From positions 1,441-65,440 of the forward strand of contig JABDDJ010000006.1 of assembly GCA_013287645.1 (NCBI GenBank): a DNA stretch of 64,000 nucleotides, given 5' to 3'. A program made the position numbers and the translations under genes. The DNA comes from Chlamydiota bacterium. Lineage in GTDB: Bacteria > Chlamydiota > Chlamydiia > Chlamydiales > JABDDJ01. How positions within the stretch are numbered: the stretch's first letter is position 1; every line of letters begins with the position of its first letter. Positions 18,238-26,599 of this stretch are shown in pieces. The notes under the pieces are model-generated. The model had not been told where the DNA came from, searched no databases, and saw only the letters and a list, made by a program, of their open reading frames with translations.

Positions 18238-19250
18238 TTTTTGCGTGTGAGACCACCCCCATAACCGCCTAGCTCACCATTTGTATTAATGACCCGATGA
18301 CATGGAATGATAATAGCGAACTGGTTGGCGCCATTTGCTAATGCTACAGCACGAAAAGCTGATGGTTTTCCAATTGCTATAGCTACTTCGGCATAAGACC
18401 GCGTTTCACCAGGCGGAATTTTTAATAATTCTTCCCAAACATGCTTTTGAAAAGGTGATCCTATAAGATGTAACGGTGTTTTGAATGATCTTAGCTTCCC
18501 CTTGAAGTAAAGGTAAAGTTCTTGCTCAATTGAATCTATAGGTTCTGAGCGACCTGGAATGATCGCTGATTTTGTTTTTTGTCTAAGACGTTCGATTTCA
18601 CGTTCTAAACCGCGGCGATCGACAAACTCTAACAAGTAAATAGCTTCTTCATTGGCTATTGCAACCATCGGACCAAGTGGAGTATCCAGCCAGGAAGCTT
18701 TTAAGATATTCTGATTTCCCAACTTTGTTGGAGCGGCTCCCATAATTCGCGAAAAAGCATCTCTAAAACCACTACTGGATTCATATCCAGTCGAGAGTTG
18801 TGCTTCAATGACAGCTTCTCCTCCTCTGATTTGTTTCATGGCTAGCCCCATACGACGTGCTCTTACATACTCTACGAATGTCATGCCAAACCGTTTATTG
18901 AATTGACGGCGAGCTGTTGAAGCATCCACGGCTAATTCCTCAAAATCTTTATCTTTCCAACGCCTTTCAGGGTCTTTTTCAACTGCTTCTACTAGTATTT
19001 GAATGAGCTTTGAAACGTGGCTTGGGTGAGATAGTGGTTTACAACGTTTACATGGACGAAATGACGCTAATAAGGCCTGTTGAGCGGTTTCAAAGAATTC
19101 ACAGTTTTCAAACTTTGGCTTTCTTGCAGGACAGGTCGGACGACAAAATACTCCTGTAGTTTTCACTCCAACAAAAAATAGACCTTCATACTCTGTTTTT
19201 TTTGCTAAGAGTGCTTGATAGTATTCTTTTTTATTTTCATTACTGATCAT
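18204..19250 (-). CDS. ada: bifunctional Ada-type regulator / O6-methylguanine-DNA methyltransferase
   Basis: 348 aa. N-terminal Ada zinc/Cys cluster GVFCRPTCPARKPKFENCEFF, an AraC-type HTH, and a C-terminal MGMT active site IIPCHRVI. Confidence 0.88.
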   Translation of the reverse strand: MISNENKKEYYQALLAKKTEYEGLFFVGVKTTGVFCRPTCPARKPKFENCEFFETAQQALLASFRPCKRCKPLSHPSHVSKLIQILVEAVEKDPERRWKDKDFEELAVDASTARRQFNKRFGMTFVEYVRARRMGLAMKQIRGGEAVIEAQLSTGYESSSGFRDAFSRIMGAAPTKLGNQNILKASWLDTPLGPMVAIANEEAIYLLEFVDRRGLEREIERLRQKTKSAIIPGRSEPIDSIEQELYLYFKGKLRSFKTPLHLIGSPFQKHVWEELLKIPPGETRSYAEVAIAIGKPSAFRAVALANGANQFAIIIPCHRVINTNGELGGYGGGLTRKKWLINHERKIS

Positions 19251-19984
19251 GGCAATCTCCTCGCTTTGATAATGAAATAGCTCGGATAAATATCACCATC
19301 AACTTTTTCAGCTCCTCTATCATTTCCTTCTTCGTAGGATTCAAGTATAAAAAATTTAAAAAAGGTAGGGCTTAAATATTCGTTCATCGTGTGTGAAGGT
19401 GATTTTTCTCTTAATTGACCATCAAAAAATACTGCTTCTACGATTTCTTTTTTGAAATAATCTTTGCCTGTGCGTTTTTTATCGATAAACTGACGAATAG
19501 GGTGAGCGGATAAATAGACTAACTGCCCATTTGCCTTTATAACACGTGCTATTTCCCGATAAATAGAGTCTATATCCATGGATTGCTGAAAAGACCATTT
19601 ACTAATCACAACATCGAAGGAGTGATCTGCAAATGGAATGTTGTCAAAATAACCTATTTTAATATTTCCTTCTGGATTTTTCTGTTGCGCAATCTCGATC
19701 ATTTCTTGCGAAGAATCAATCCCACAAATTAGGGCTCCTTTCAGTTTAATCCGTGATAAGTCATATCCATCGCCACACCCTAAATCCAAAACCGATTTCC
19801 CGTTCATAGGAATATCAAGACAACGAAAGTATGCTGTAATGCTATCCTGATTATTCTCTACAACCAGTTCAGAATATTTTTTTGCAATAGTGTTATATTG
19901 ATTATCTGCGGTGGTTTCGTTGGTTGTATTAAATAAGGGCAAGAAGGCCATTGATATGCAAAATAGATCATTAAAATTGCTCAT
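19247..19984 (-). CDS. class I SAM-dependent methyltransferase
   Basis: 245 aa with motif I VLDLGCGDGYD. Its stop overlaps the ada start (ATGA). Confidence 0.8.
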   Translation of the reverse strand: MSNFNDLFCISMAFLPLFNTTNETTADNQYNTIAKKYSELVVENNQDSITAYFRCLDIPMNGKSVLDLGCGDGYDLSRIKLKGALICGIDSSQEMIEIAQQKNPEGNIKIGYFDNIPFADHSFDVVISKWSFQQSMDIDSIYREIARVIKANGQLVYLSAHPIRQFIDKKRTGKDYFKKEIVEAVFFDGQLREKSPSHTMNEYLSPTFFKFFILESYEEGNDRGAEKVDGDIYPSYFIIKARRLP

Positions 19985-20173
19985 TTTGAGACTCCTAAAT
20001 TGGTCTGTTCCTCCTCATTATAGTGAACGCTAAAATAAGCCGACGCCGAAATTCAGGCGTTAATTTTTTTATTATATCAATATAAAGGCTAATGGGTTGC
20101 AACTGAAGACTAGATCCGTTTGATTTCATGTAATTTGCCTGATAATGGCTGTGGATTTCCTTTGGACCTTCAT

Positions 20174-20899
20174 TTAGGGAAACATGGTGGAAATGGTTGT
20201 TTTAAGAGTTTGCCATATTGCATGCAGGGAGGCGATCCCGCTTACTAATTCTTGTGTATTCTTTAGCAAGGTTCTTATTACTGTAAGGCGGTGTTTTTCT
20301 TTTGGAGAACGTACTTCGTCAATTATAGCACTCATTAATTCTAGAATGGCTTCTTTTTGTTCATTCGATGCTTCAACCGATTTCAGAACTGCTTCGGTAA
20401 AACTCTTAAGAGCTTCTTGGAATGATTGCAGGGTTGGTTCCTGGCTAATCATGCTGAGGGTGGCGTCAATATTTTCAACGGATCCTCCAATGGATCCTGT
20501 ATTGATAAGGCCGATGGCACTTTTTTCGATTTTAATGTTATTCAATGTAAATTCTCCTATCACAGTTGTCGGTTTAGAAGGAGCAACTTGGTACCTACCA
20601 AAGAAACCTCTTTGCATCCCAGAAGCATCTTCCATTTCAGTTAAAGCAAAATTAATACCTCGAATATTTCTTTCTTCCATTTCACCGAGGGTTTTTTGAT
20701 GCAACGTCCAACACTTTTGACACAGTGGATGTCGAATATCTGTCCAACCTCCAAATAGGAAAAAAGGGCCGTTACACTGCGAGCATTTTAGATCTTTCCA
20801 TGGTTGGTCTTCAGGGGGATTCAAGTGTGCCTCCTTAGCCTGTTTGAGTGTTGTATGCACGTTGAGTCGTTGTTGAAGAAAGTAAGGGATTTCCTGCAA
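20174..20899 (-). CDS. hypothetical protein with N-terminal CxxC...CxxC zinc-ribbon-like motif
   Basis: 241 aa. CSQCNGPFF...CQKCW, followed by a helical C-terminal half. Confidence 0.5.
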   Translation of the reverse strand: MQEIPYFLQQRLNVHTTLKQAKEAHLNPPEDQPWKDLKCSQCNGPFFLFGGWTDIRHPLCQKCWTLHQKTLGEMEERNIRGINFALTEMEDASGMQRGFFGRYQVAPSKPTTVIGEFTLNNIKIEKSAIGLINTGSIGGSVENIDATLSMISQEPTLQSFQEALKSFTEAVLKSVEASNEQKEAILELMSAIIDEVRSPKEKHRLTVIRTLLKNTQELVSGIASLHAIWQTLKTTISTMFP

Positions 20900-20948
20900 T
20901 CAGTACTTCTCCTATCTTTATGGTTTATTGACCTTATTTTCGAGGAGC

Positions 20949-20970
20949 CATCCGCCACATATCCGCCACA
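20949..20970 (+). repeat. candidate integrase arm-type site (second copy)
   Basis: catccgccacatatccgccaca, identical to 12611-12632. It lies ~65 bp from the tRNA 3' end, inside the element. Confidence 0.5.
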
Positions 20971-20976
20971 CGAACC

Positions 20977-21010
20977 CAAAAACACAAAAGGCATTCTCAT
21001 CGAGAATGCC
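20977..21010 (-). terminator. intrinsic terminator of tRNA-Pro
   Basis: Hairpin ggcattctc-atc-gagaatgcc at 20990-21010, followed on the minus strand by TTTTGTGTTTTT. It differs from the 12381-12401 hairpin by compensatory changes. Confidence 0.55.
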
Positions 21011-21033
21011 CGTAAGTCATTAAGGAAAAAGAA

Positions 21034-21108
21034 TCTGGGTGAGAGGATTTGAACCTCCGACCCCTTGCACCCCATGCAAGTACGCTAGCCAAGCTGCGCT
21101 ACACCCAG
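21034..21108 (-). tRNA. tRNA-Pro (anticodon GGG)
   Basis: 75 nt, folded by hand: acceptor stem CTGGGTG/CACCCAG (C1-G72), D arm GCGC-AGCTTGGCTA-GCGT, anticodon stem CTTGC/GCAAG with loop ATGGGGT (GGG, G37), T arm GGAGG-TTCAAAT-CCTCT, discriminator A. CCA is not encoded. Confidence 0.9.
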
Positions 21109-21115
21109 ATAAAGA

Positions 21116-21412
21116 TTAGACATTCACGCCTTCAAAGTGAAACTCTGCGCGCTGGATGGACTTGACGGCCATTTTGGCGCAGGCTTCGATAATGTTTTCT
21201 AATGGATCGCCAAGGTCCACTTCTACGGCTGCTGTATCGACGGAAATGGACGCATTAAAGGTCGTTCCTTCTCGGATTCCATTAATGCGAAAATTGACAA
21301 AAAGGCCGTCTTTCTTGCGTGTGACGCTGATAAATCGTATTAAGTTATTTTCTGCAAGGTGTTTTAGTGCCATGGCGCGCTTTAGTTTAATTGAAAGCTC
21401 ACAATTATACAC
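21116..21412 (-). CDS. hypothetical protein
   Basis: 98-aa ORF. No motif recognised. Confidence 0.45.
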   Translation of the reverse strand: MYNCELSIKLKRAMALKHLAENNLIRFISVTRKKDGLFVNFRINGIREGTTFNASISVDTAAVEVDLGDPLENIIEACAKMAVKSIQRAEFHFEGVNV

Positions 21413-21490
21413 AAGGTTTGATTCGAGTCAACATCCTTAACATTATTGTTGATTTGGGGTATGTTTGTTCTTCAAAGTTAGGGGTCAACG

Positions 21491-22174
21491 ATGTTTGAAA
21501 TTGAACCGAGCTGGAAAATGGCTCTGCAGGATGAGCTAGAGAAGGCATATCTTATCAAATTAGCTGCTTTTATCGAGCGTGAGAGGCTCTACAATGGTCC
21601 TGTGTATCCTCCTGCCTCTCTGGTCTTTAATGCGTTATGGTTAACTCCTTTTGACAAGGTATCTGTTGTGATTGTGGGCCAGGACCCCTACCATGGTCCT
21701 GGGCAGGCTCATGGGCTCTGTTTTAGCGTTCCAAAGGGGGTTGCTATTCCTCCTTCTTTGAGGAATATTTACAAGGAAATCTCGGAAGACATTGGGGCTG
21801 CTATGCCTTCTCACGGCTGTTTAATCGACTGGGCGGAACAGGGTGTTTTGCTTCTAAACACGCTAATGACTGTGCGTGAAAAGTCTCCTATGTCTCATGA
21901 GAAGCAGGGCTGGGAACAATTTACGGACGCTGTAATCTTTGCTTTGGCAAAGCGGTCTGAACCTTTGGTTTTTTTGCTTTGGGGCGCTGCTGCTCAGAAG
22001 AAATGGCAAGCGGTTGCTGGTAGTGGAATGGGTCATCAACATTTGATTTTAAAGGCGGCGCATCCTTCTCCTCTTTCGGCTCATTCGGGATTTCTGGGGT
22101 GTCGGCATTTTTCTGAGGCTAATCATTTTTTAAAACAAAAGGGAAAAAATGTGATCGAATGGGCTATAAAATAA
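21491..22174 (+). CDS. ung: uracil-DNA glycosylase
   Basis: 227 aa with GQDPYHGPGQAHGLCFSV and HPSPLSA motifs. Confidence 0.93.
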   Translation: MFEIEPSWKMALQDELEKAYLIKLAAFIERERLYNGPVYPPASLVFNALWLTPFDKVSVVIVGQDPYHGPGQAHGLCFSVPKGVAIPPSLRNIYKEISEDIGAAMPSHGCLIDWAEQGVLLLNTLMTVREKSPMSHEKQGWEQFTDAVIFALAKRSEPLVFLLWGAAAQKKWQAVAGSGMGHQHLILKAAHPSPLSAHSGFLGCRHFSEANHFLKQKGKNVIEWAIK

Positions 22175-22218
22175 ATTTTTGGCATTTTTTTTGCTTCATG
22201 TTAAGTTAGCTTAAGATT

Positions 22219-22527
22219 GTGAAGGGTATCGATATGGAAAAGAAAAATTTGCCAGTACATGAGCAAATCACTTCTCATTCGGCTTCTTCTCCTCGTGCTG
22301 CTAGGCACGATATGTCATTCGAACTTTTGACTAGACACTTTTCTTCTCAGGTGGGGCACATGCAAAATGAGCTAACGTCTCCTAAGATTAAGGCAAAAAG
22401 GGAGGCGGCAATGCGTGATGCTCAGGAAAATTATGAGATTATGATGGAATTTCAACGTGAATTAAGGGAAGAATTTTCCAAATTTATCTCTGCTGCAGAC
22501 TCATCTTCTCTTTCAGAGCAGGGATAA
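22219..22527 (+). CDS. hypothetical small protein
   Basis: 102-aa ORF (GTG start; an internal ATG lies 5 codons in). Its convergent 3' end overlaps the next gene by 44 nt. Confidence 0.35.
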   Translation: MKGIDMEKKNLPVHEQITSHSASSPRAARHDMSFELLTRHFSSQVGHMQNELTSPKIKAKREAAMRDAQENYEIMMEFQRELREEFSKFISAADSSSLSEQG

Positions 22528-23383
22528 ACCTTTTAATTGTATAGTCCTGAACTTGGTTAATATTGGCTAATCGCTGCCATTGGCCATCTGCTCCTTCCAG
22601 CCAAGCCTGTCTTCTAGGCATTTTAATTTCGGTAAAAAATGAGAGGTCTCTGGACCAGTAATGGTTAATGCGTAGCTTATCTACGGGGATGGAGTTATTC
22701 ATAGAAGAATGGACGGAATTTTTATTCTGACTTACGGCCTGATAGGGGTTGAGATATTCGGCATAGTGTGGATCGGTGAACTGTTTGACTCTCTCGGGGC
22801 GAACAATGGACTTAACAAAGGCATTTTCGGCGTATTTTGTTTCTGCCTTAAGTGTAAGGAGCTCGATCATGAGTTGATCTGAGGGGATTCTTTCTACGTG
22901 AGAGGTGCCAAAGAGCTGCCAATTGGCGACAACGCCGCCTACGGATGAGAAGTCTTTGAGAAAGGTGACAAGGTTTTCAGCATGTACAGGGAAGAGGAAC
23001 TCATCGGTATCGAGGACGGCTAACCATTTGACTTTGGCTTTTATGGCTCGTCCTACGGCATTGTTGTAGGCGCCGACTTGGATAGTTGTCCAGGATTCTA
23101 TGGTAGTAAATTTGTAGGGCCAGAGGAAGAGTTCGACTTCTCCGGTCTCTATGTAGGGTTGGAGCACTTCGTAGTAGTTATCGTCGCTTAGGTTGTTATA
23201 CAAATAGAAGCGTGTGGCTCCCATGAGTTTATGAAATTCAATCCACTCTTTGAGGAATCGTGCTTCATTGCGAAAGATGGCACAGACTGCTAGTGGGTGT
23301 TTGTACTTTGTTTTGGCTTCTAGGGTTGAGAAGCTTGCTACGCAAATAAGAAGAAAAAATAGTCGTTTTAGAAGAATATTCAT
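22484..23383 (-). CDS. glycosyltransferase (GT92/DUF23-like, Glyco_tranf_2_4-type)
   Basis: AVCAIFRNEARFLKEWIEFHKLMGATRFYLYNN and LDTDEF blocks. The probable start is Met13 (leader MNILLKRLFFLLICVASFSTLEA); the full ORF runs to 23419. Confidence 0.65.
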   Translation of the reverse strand: MNILLKRLFFLLICVASFSTLEAKTKYKHPLAVCAIFRNEARFLKEWIEFHKLMGATRFYLYNNLSDDNYYEVLQPYIETGEVELFLWPYKFTTIESWTTIQVGAYNNAVGRAIKAKVKWLAVLDTDEFLFPVHAENLVTFLKDFSSVGGVVANWQLFGTSHVERIPSDQLMIELLTLKAETKYAENAFVKSIVRPERVKQFTDPHYAEYLNPYQAVSQNKNSVHSSMNNSIPVDKLRINHYWSRDLSFFTEIKMPRRQAWLEGADGQWQRLANINQVQDYTIKRFIPALKEKMSLQQR

Positions 23384-23433
23384 GGCGACAAGATAACTTT
23401 TTCTTTGTAGGGGAGGCAAGGAAAATTTTTGCT

Positions 23434-23874
23434 CTAACGATTTTTATAGATATAGATGTGGTCATTTCGGTCTTGATCATCTAGGTAGAGGCGCCACTCA
23501 TCTGCAACGGATCCAAACTCTTCGAGGAGATTTTGGAGCTTGCTTGAGTTGATATTATCAAATTTTCCTAAGTAGTTGAGAAATATGCGAAAGTGTTGTT
23601 CATCCACACTTAAGAAAGTGGGAATGAGCGAGTTAAAGTCGGGTAATTGTTTTTGAACGCTTTGGCGGACGCTTTTGGGTATATAGGAGTTTCCATAATA
23701 GACAACAGTAGAGAGTGAGAGTTTTGAGGCATCGTCGAGGGCGCGAATAATGATGTCGTTACCGTCGAAGATAAATTCTGCTTTGGAGTGGTCGCTTAAT
23801 TGTGAAAGTACTTTTGCAATTTCTTTGCTCTTAATCATAATTGCCTGACTTTTATTATAATTAAAATGCTTCAT
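23434..23874 (-). CDS. hypothetical protein
   Basis: 146-aa acidic ORF. Its size and charge are reminiscent of secretion chaperones, but there is no diagnostic motif. Confidence 0.5.
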   Translation of the reverse strand: MKHFNYNKSQAIMIKSKEIAKVLSQLSDHSKAEFIFDGNDIIIRALDDASKLSLSTVVYYGNSYIPKSVRQSVQKQLPDFNSLIPTFLSVDEQHFRIFLNYLGKFDNINSSKLQNLLEEFGSVADEWRLYLDDQDRNDHIYIYKNR

Positions 23875-23909
23875 AACTTAATTATAATAATTAAAATTTA
23901 AAATTAAAA

Positions 23910-24611
23910 TTAATTTATTCTTATTTTTGAATAAATTATTCCAATTTCATAAAAAAGGCACAAAGGAATAGCTAATAAGATTTGAGTTAGGACATCGGGC
24001 GGGGTAAGCAGAGCTGCTAGGATAAAGGAGGCGACAATTGCATGGCGCCGATAGTGGATTAGGGTCTCATTTTTTATGATTCCTTGGTGAATGGCAAAGA
24101 ATAGGAGGGCTCCTAGCTCAAAGGCTACGCCTGTGGCTAAGATAAGAAGCAGAGAATAGTCTAAGTATTTTTCTAAACTCCAAAGGTTGTCGCCTAATGA
24201 GCTATTAAAAAGGAGAAAATACTCGTTAGCTAGGGGAAGGATAGCAAAGATGGCTATGCTTATTCCTATCATGACGCAGCAAAAGGAAAGGGCTAAAAAG
24301 GGGATAATGATCCCTCGCTGTTGTGTGTAGAGGGCTGGTGCAAAAAACTTGTAGCAAAAATAACCCCAAATGGGTGCGGAAATGAGGAGTGCACCCCAGA
24401 AAGCTACTCGGAGCATCGAGGTAAATCCTTCAATGGGACTTAAAATAACGAGGGTCTGTTCTGGGAATAGGAGGGTAATAAGGGGCTTATAAAAGCAGAG
24501 AAGGATAAAAAAGATAATCCCAATGGTGCTTAAGCAAGCTATAACGGTCGTGCGGAGCTCTTTGATATGTGCGCTGACGGGTAAAAGCTCTTCCTCAGGA
24601 GGGGGGGACAT
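23910..24611 (-). CDS. tatC: twin-arginine translocase subunit TatC
   Basis: 233-aa polytopic membrane protein with an N-terminal HIKELRTTVI segment and hydrophobic spans consistent with six TM segments. It overlaps tatA by 17 nt. Confidence 0.85.
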   Translation of the reverse strand: MSPPPEEELLPVSAHIKELRTTVIACLSTIGIIFFILLCFYKPLITLLFPEQTLVILSPIEGFTSMLRVAFWGALLISAPIWGYFCYKFFAPALYTQQRGIIIPFLALSFCCVMIGISIAIFAILPLANEYFLLFNSSLGDNLWSLEKYLDYSLLLILATGVAFELGALLFFAIHQGIIKNETLIHYRRHAIVASFILAALLTPPDVLTQILLAIPLCLFYEIGIIYSKIRIN

Positions 24612-24798
24612 TCTCCTTCTCCTCTTTTTTCTCTGGGGAGGGTTTTATCTCTATCTCTTTATCATCCATGCCGTTGCAGGCGCGTTTGAATTCTCTTATT
24701 CCTTCACCTAGGCTTCGGGCTAGTTCCGGAAGTCTTTTTCCTCCGAAAAGCAGGAGGATGAGCACCAAAATAATCAATAATTCGCCAGTGCCAAACAT
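24595..24798 (-). CDS. tatA: twin-arginine translocase subunit TatA/E
   Basis: 67 aa. MFGTGELLIILVLILLLFGGKRLPELARSLGEGIREFKRA is the canonical TatA TM segment plus amphipathic helix. Confidence 0.85.
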   Translation of the reverse strand: MFGTGELLIILVLILLLFGGKRLPELARSLGEGIREFKRACNGMDDKEIEIKPSPEKKEEKENVPPS

Positions 24799-24883
24799 GG
24801 GAGTCTCCAGTGCAATAATTTTTTGATTTTGTCATTGAATTTTTTTGTTATCAAGGGATTTAATGATCTGATGGAGTTTTAAA

Positions 24884-25684
24884 ATGTTTAAGTCTATTAA
24901 AATTTTAATTTTTTGTTTTTGTTTTTCGTTCTCGTTGGATGGCCTAATCTTCGAGATTCCCTCTATCACTGATTTGCCTCCCTATCTTCGTAATGAGTCG
25001 CTTGTGATTGTGAATGTGCATTCTGTTTTGATTGAACCAGCTCAGATGCTTGGTTCGGAAGAGTGGGCAGAGTATGAGTTACAAAATCTGAAAGAGAACG
25101 AGGGGATGTCCTATAAAGAGGCTATGGAAGAGCTGGTGCCTATCTGGCAGAGGATTTTGCTCTCCTCGCCTATGAAATGTGTAGAGCCTACGACGATGGG
25201 AATGGTCCGCTATCTGCAAAAGAGAGGCTACAAAATTTTGGGAATTGACTCTCAAGAAGTAGAGATGGCCTATCCCACTCATTTTCAGCTAAAGGCTCTA
25301 GACATAGATATGTTGCGAAGCGCTCCTTATACTGGGTGTACAGTCGTGGATCTTAAGCCTTATGCAAAGTACATTGATGGAATTTTGTTTATCGGGAATC
25401 GGGGTGACTTTCCTTTAGCAATAACAAAATTTTTTGAGTGCTTGAAAGAGAGACCTAAGCATGTCATCTACATTGACACGGATACTTATAGAGTAGCCTC
25501 TGTAGCTGATGAGCTTAATTGGAAGGGTATACAGACTGTGGGATTACGGCTAACAGCCCGGGATGGTAAAAAATCTCTTTACAATCCTTCTGTAGTAGAG
25601 ATTCAGAAGCGCTATCAAGGGAAAATGTTGCCTGATAGGGAGGCGTATTGGTTGGTGAATCATGGGTTTGGAGATGGTCATTGA
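24884..25684 (+). CDS. secreted hypothetical protein, HAD-like fold candidate (paralogue 1)
   Basis: 266 aa with a signal peptide. It aligns along its whole length with the next ORF. The position of HAD motif I reads VNVHSV, i.e. without the aspartates. Confidence 0.55.
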   Translation: MFKSIKILIFCFCFSFSLDGLIFEIPSITDLPPYLRNESLVIVNVHSVLIEPAQMLGSEEWAEYELQNLKENEGMSYKEAMEELVPIWQRILLSSPMKCVEPTTMGMVRYLQKRGYKILGIDSQEVEMAYPTHFQLKALDIDMLRSAPYTGCTVVDLKPYAKYIDGILFIGNRGDFPLAITKFFECLKERPKHVIYIDTDTYRVASVADELNWKGIQTVGLRLTARDGKKSLYNPSVVEIQKRYQGKMLPDREAYWLVNHGFGDGH

Positions 25685-26466
25685 AGAGTTTCTTTTTTTT
25701 CATCTGTTTATTTCTATCTGTGAATCTATATTCAAAGCATGTCATTGTTGACATTGCTCACATTACTGATCTAGAGCCTTTTATCGAGGCAGATACTCTG
25801 CTTATATTTGATGTGGGCAATACCTTGATCGAAGGAGGTACCTGCTGGGGGCACTCTCAATCTATTGTCACTGCAATTGAAGAGTCCAAGGCGCGGGGAG
25901 AGGATCCGGAGGAATTTCTTAAAGGTTTTGCTCCGTATTGGATTGAAGCGCAGAAGTTCTGTCCTGGACAACTGATTGAAGGTGAGCTTGTCCCTTTGAT
26001 ACGAAGGTTGCAGGAGAGAGGGATTAAGATAATGGGATTGACCCATCGTCCTGTTGAAACTGCAGCGAGTACGTTAGATCAACTATTTTCTGTAGGGATT
26101 GATTTTGAGAAGAGTGCTCCTTATCCTGATCAGATAGATCTTCCTTTTGTTCCGAAGGCGCGCTATTTAGAGGGTGTTATTTTTTCTACATACTATAATA
26201 ATAAGGGAACAGTGCTACAGGAATTTCTTGCCTATACGGGGCTTTTGCCTACTAAGATTGTGGTGGTGGATGACCGTTCAGATAAACTGGAGGATGTTGT
26301 TTTAACTCTTTCTAATTTAGGGCTTTATGTTGTTGGCCTGCACTATCTCTATCCAGAACAAAAACCCTATCCCTGGGATCCGGCAACTTCTACGATCCAA
26401 AGAAGATTACAGGGGTCTTTCCTCAATGATCGAGAGGCGGCAGCTCTACTTGAGTTTACTCCTTAA
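25648..26466 (+). CDS. secreted hypothetical protein, HAD-like fold candidate (paralogue 2)
   Basis: 272 aa. Motif-I position reads FDVGNTL, followed by a late VVVDDRSD block. Tandem paralogue of 24884-25684. Confidence 0.55.
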   Translation: MVGESWVWRWSLKSFFFFICLFLSVNLYSKHVIVDIAHITDLEPFIEADTLLIFDVGNTLIEGGTCWGHSQSIVTAIEESKARGEDPEEFLKGFAPYWIEAQKFCPGQLIEGELVPLIRRLQERGIKIMGLTHRPVETAASTLDQLFSVGIDFEKSAPYPDQIDLPFVPKARYLEGVIFSTYYNNKGTVLQEFLAYTGLLPTKIVVVDDRSDKLEDVVLTLSNLGLYVVGLHYLYPEQKPYPWDPATSTIQRRLQGSFLNDREAAALLEFTP

Positions 26467-26599
26467 ACTCCTTGACTGGCATATTAATTGCTTCTTTATA
26501 AACAGATGCAAAAATTAGGGTGGCGCAAGTGAAAATCTTGCCCAACAATGGCATCAGAAAGTGGTTAGTTTAATATAAACCATTAATAATGAGGATGCT

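Larger units (their letters stand above)
12425..21081. mobile_element. ~8.6-kb integrative element inserted in tRNA-Pro(GGG)
   Basis: Bounded by the 48-nt tRNA 3'-end direct repeats. It contains a P4-type tyrosine integrase, an AlpA-type excisionase/regulator, DUF5681-like and orphan genes, and duplicated arm-type repeats close to both ends. Confidence 0.75.

Noticed and set aside
20184-20699. A 171-aa plus-strand ORF antisense to the 241-aa gene.
   Set aside because: It is shorter, lies fully inside the opposite-strand ORF, and has no start context. The minus-strand product has a plausible Zn-ribbon and helical organisation.
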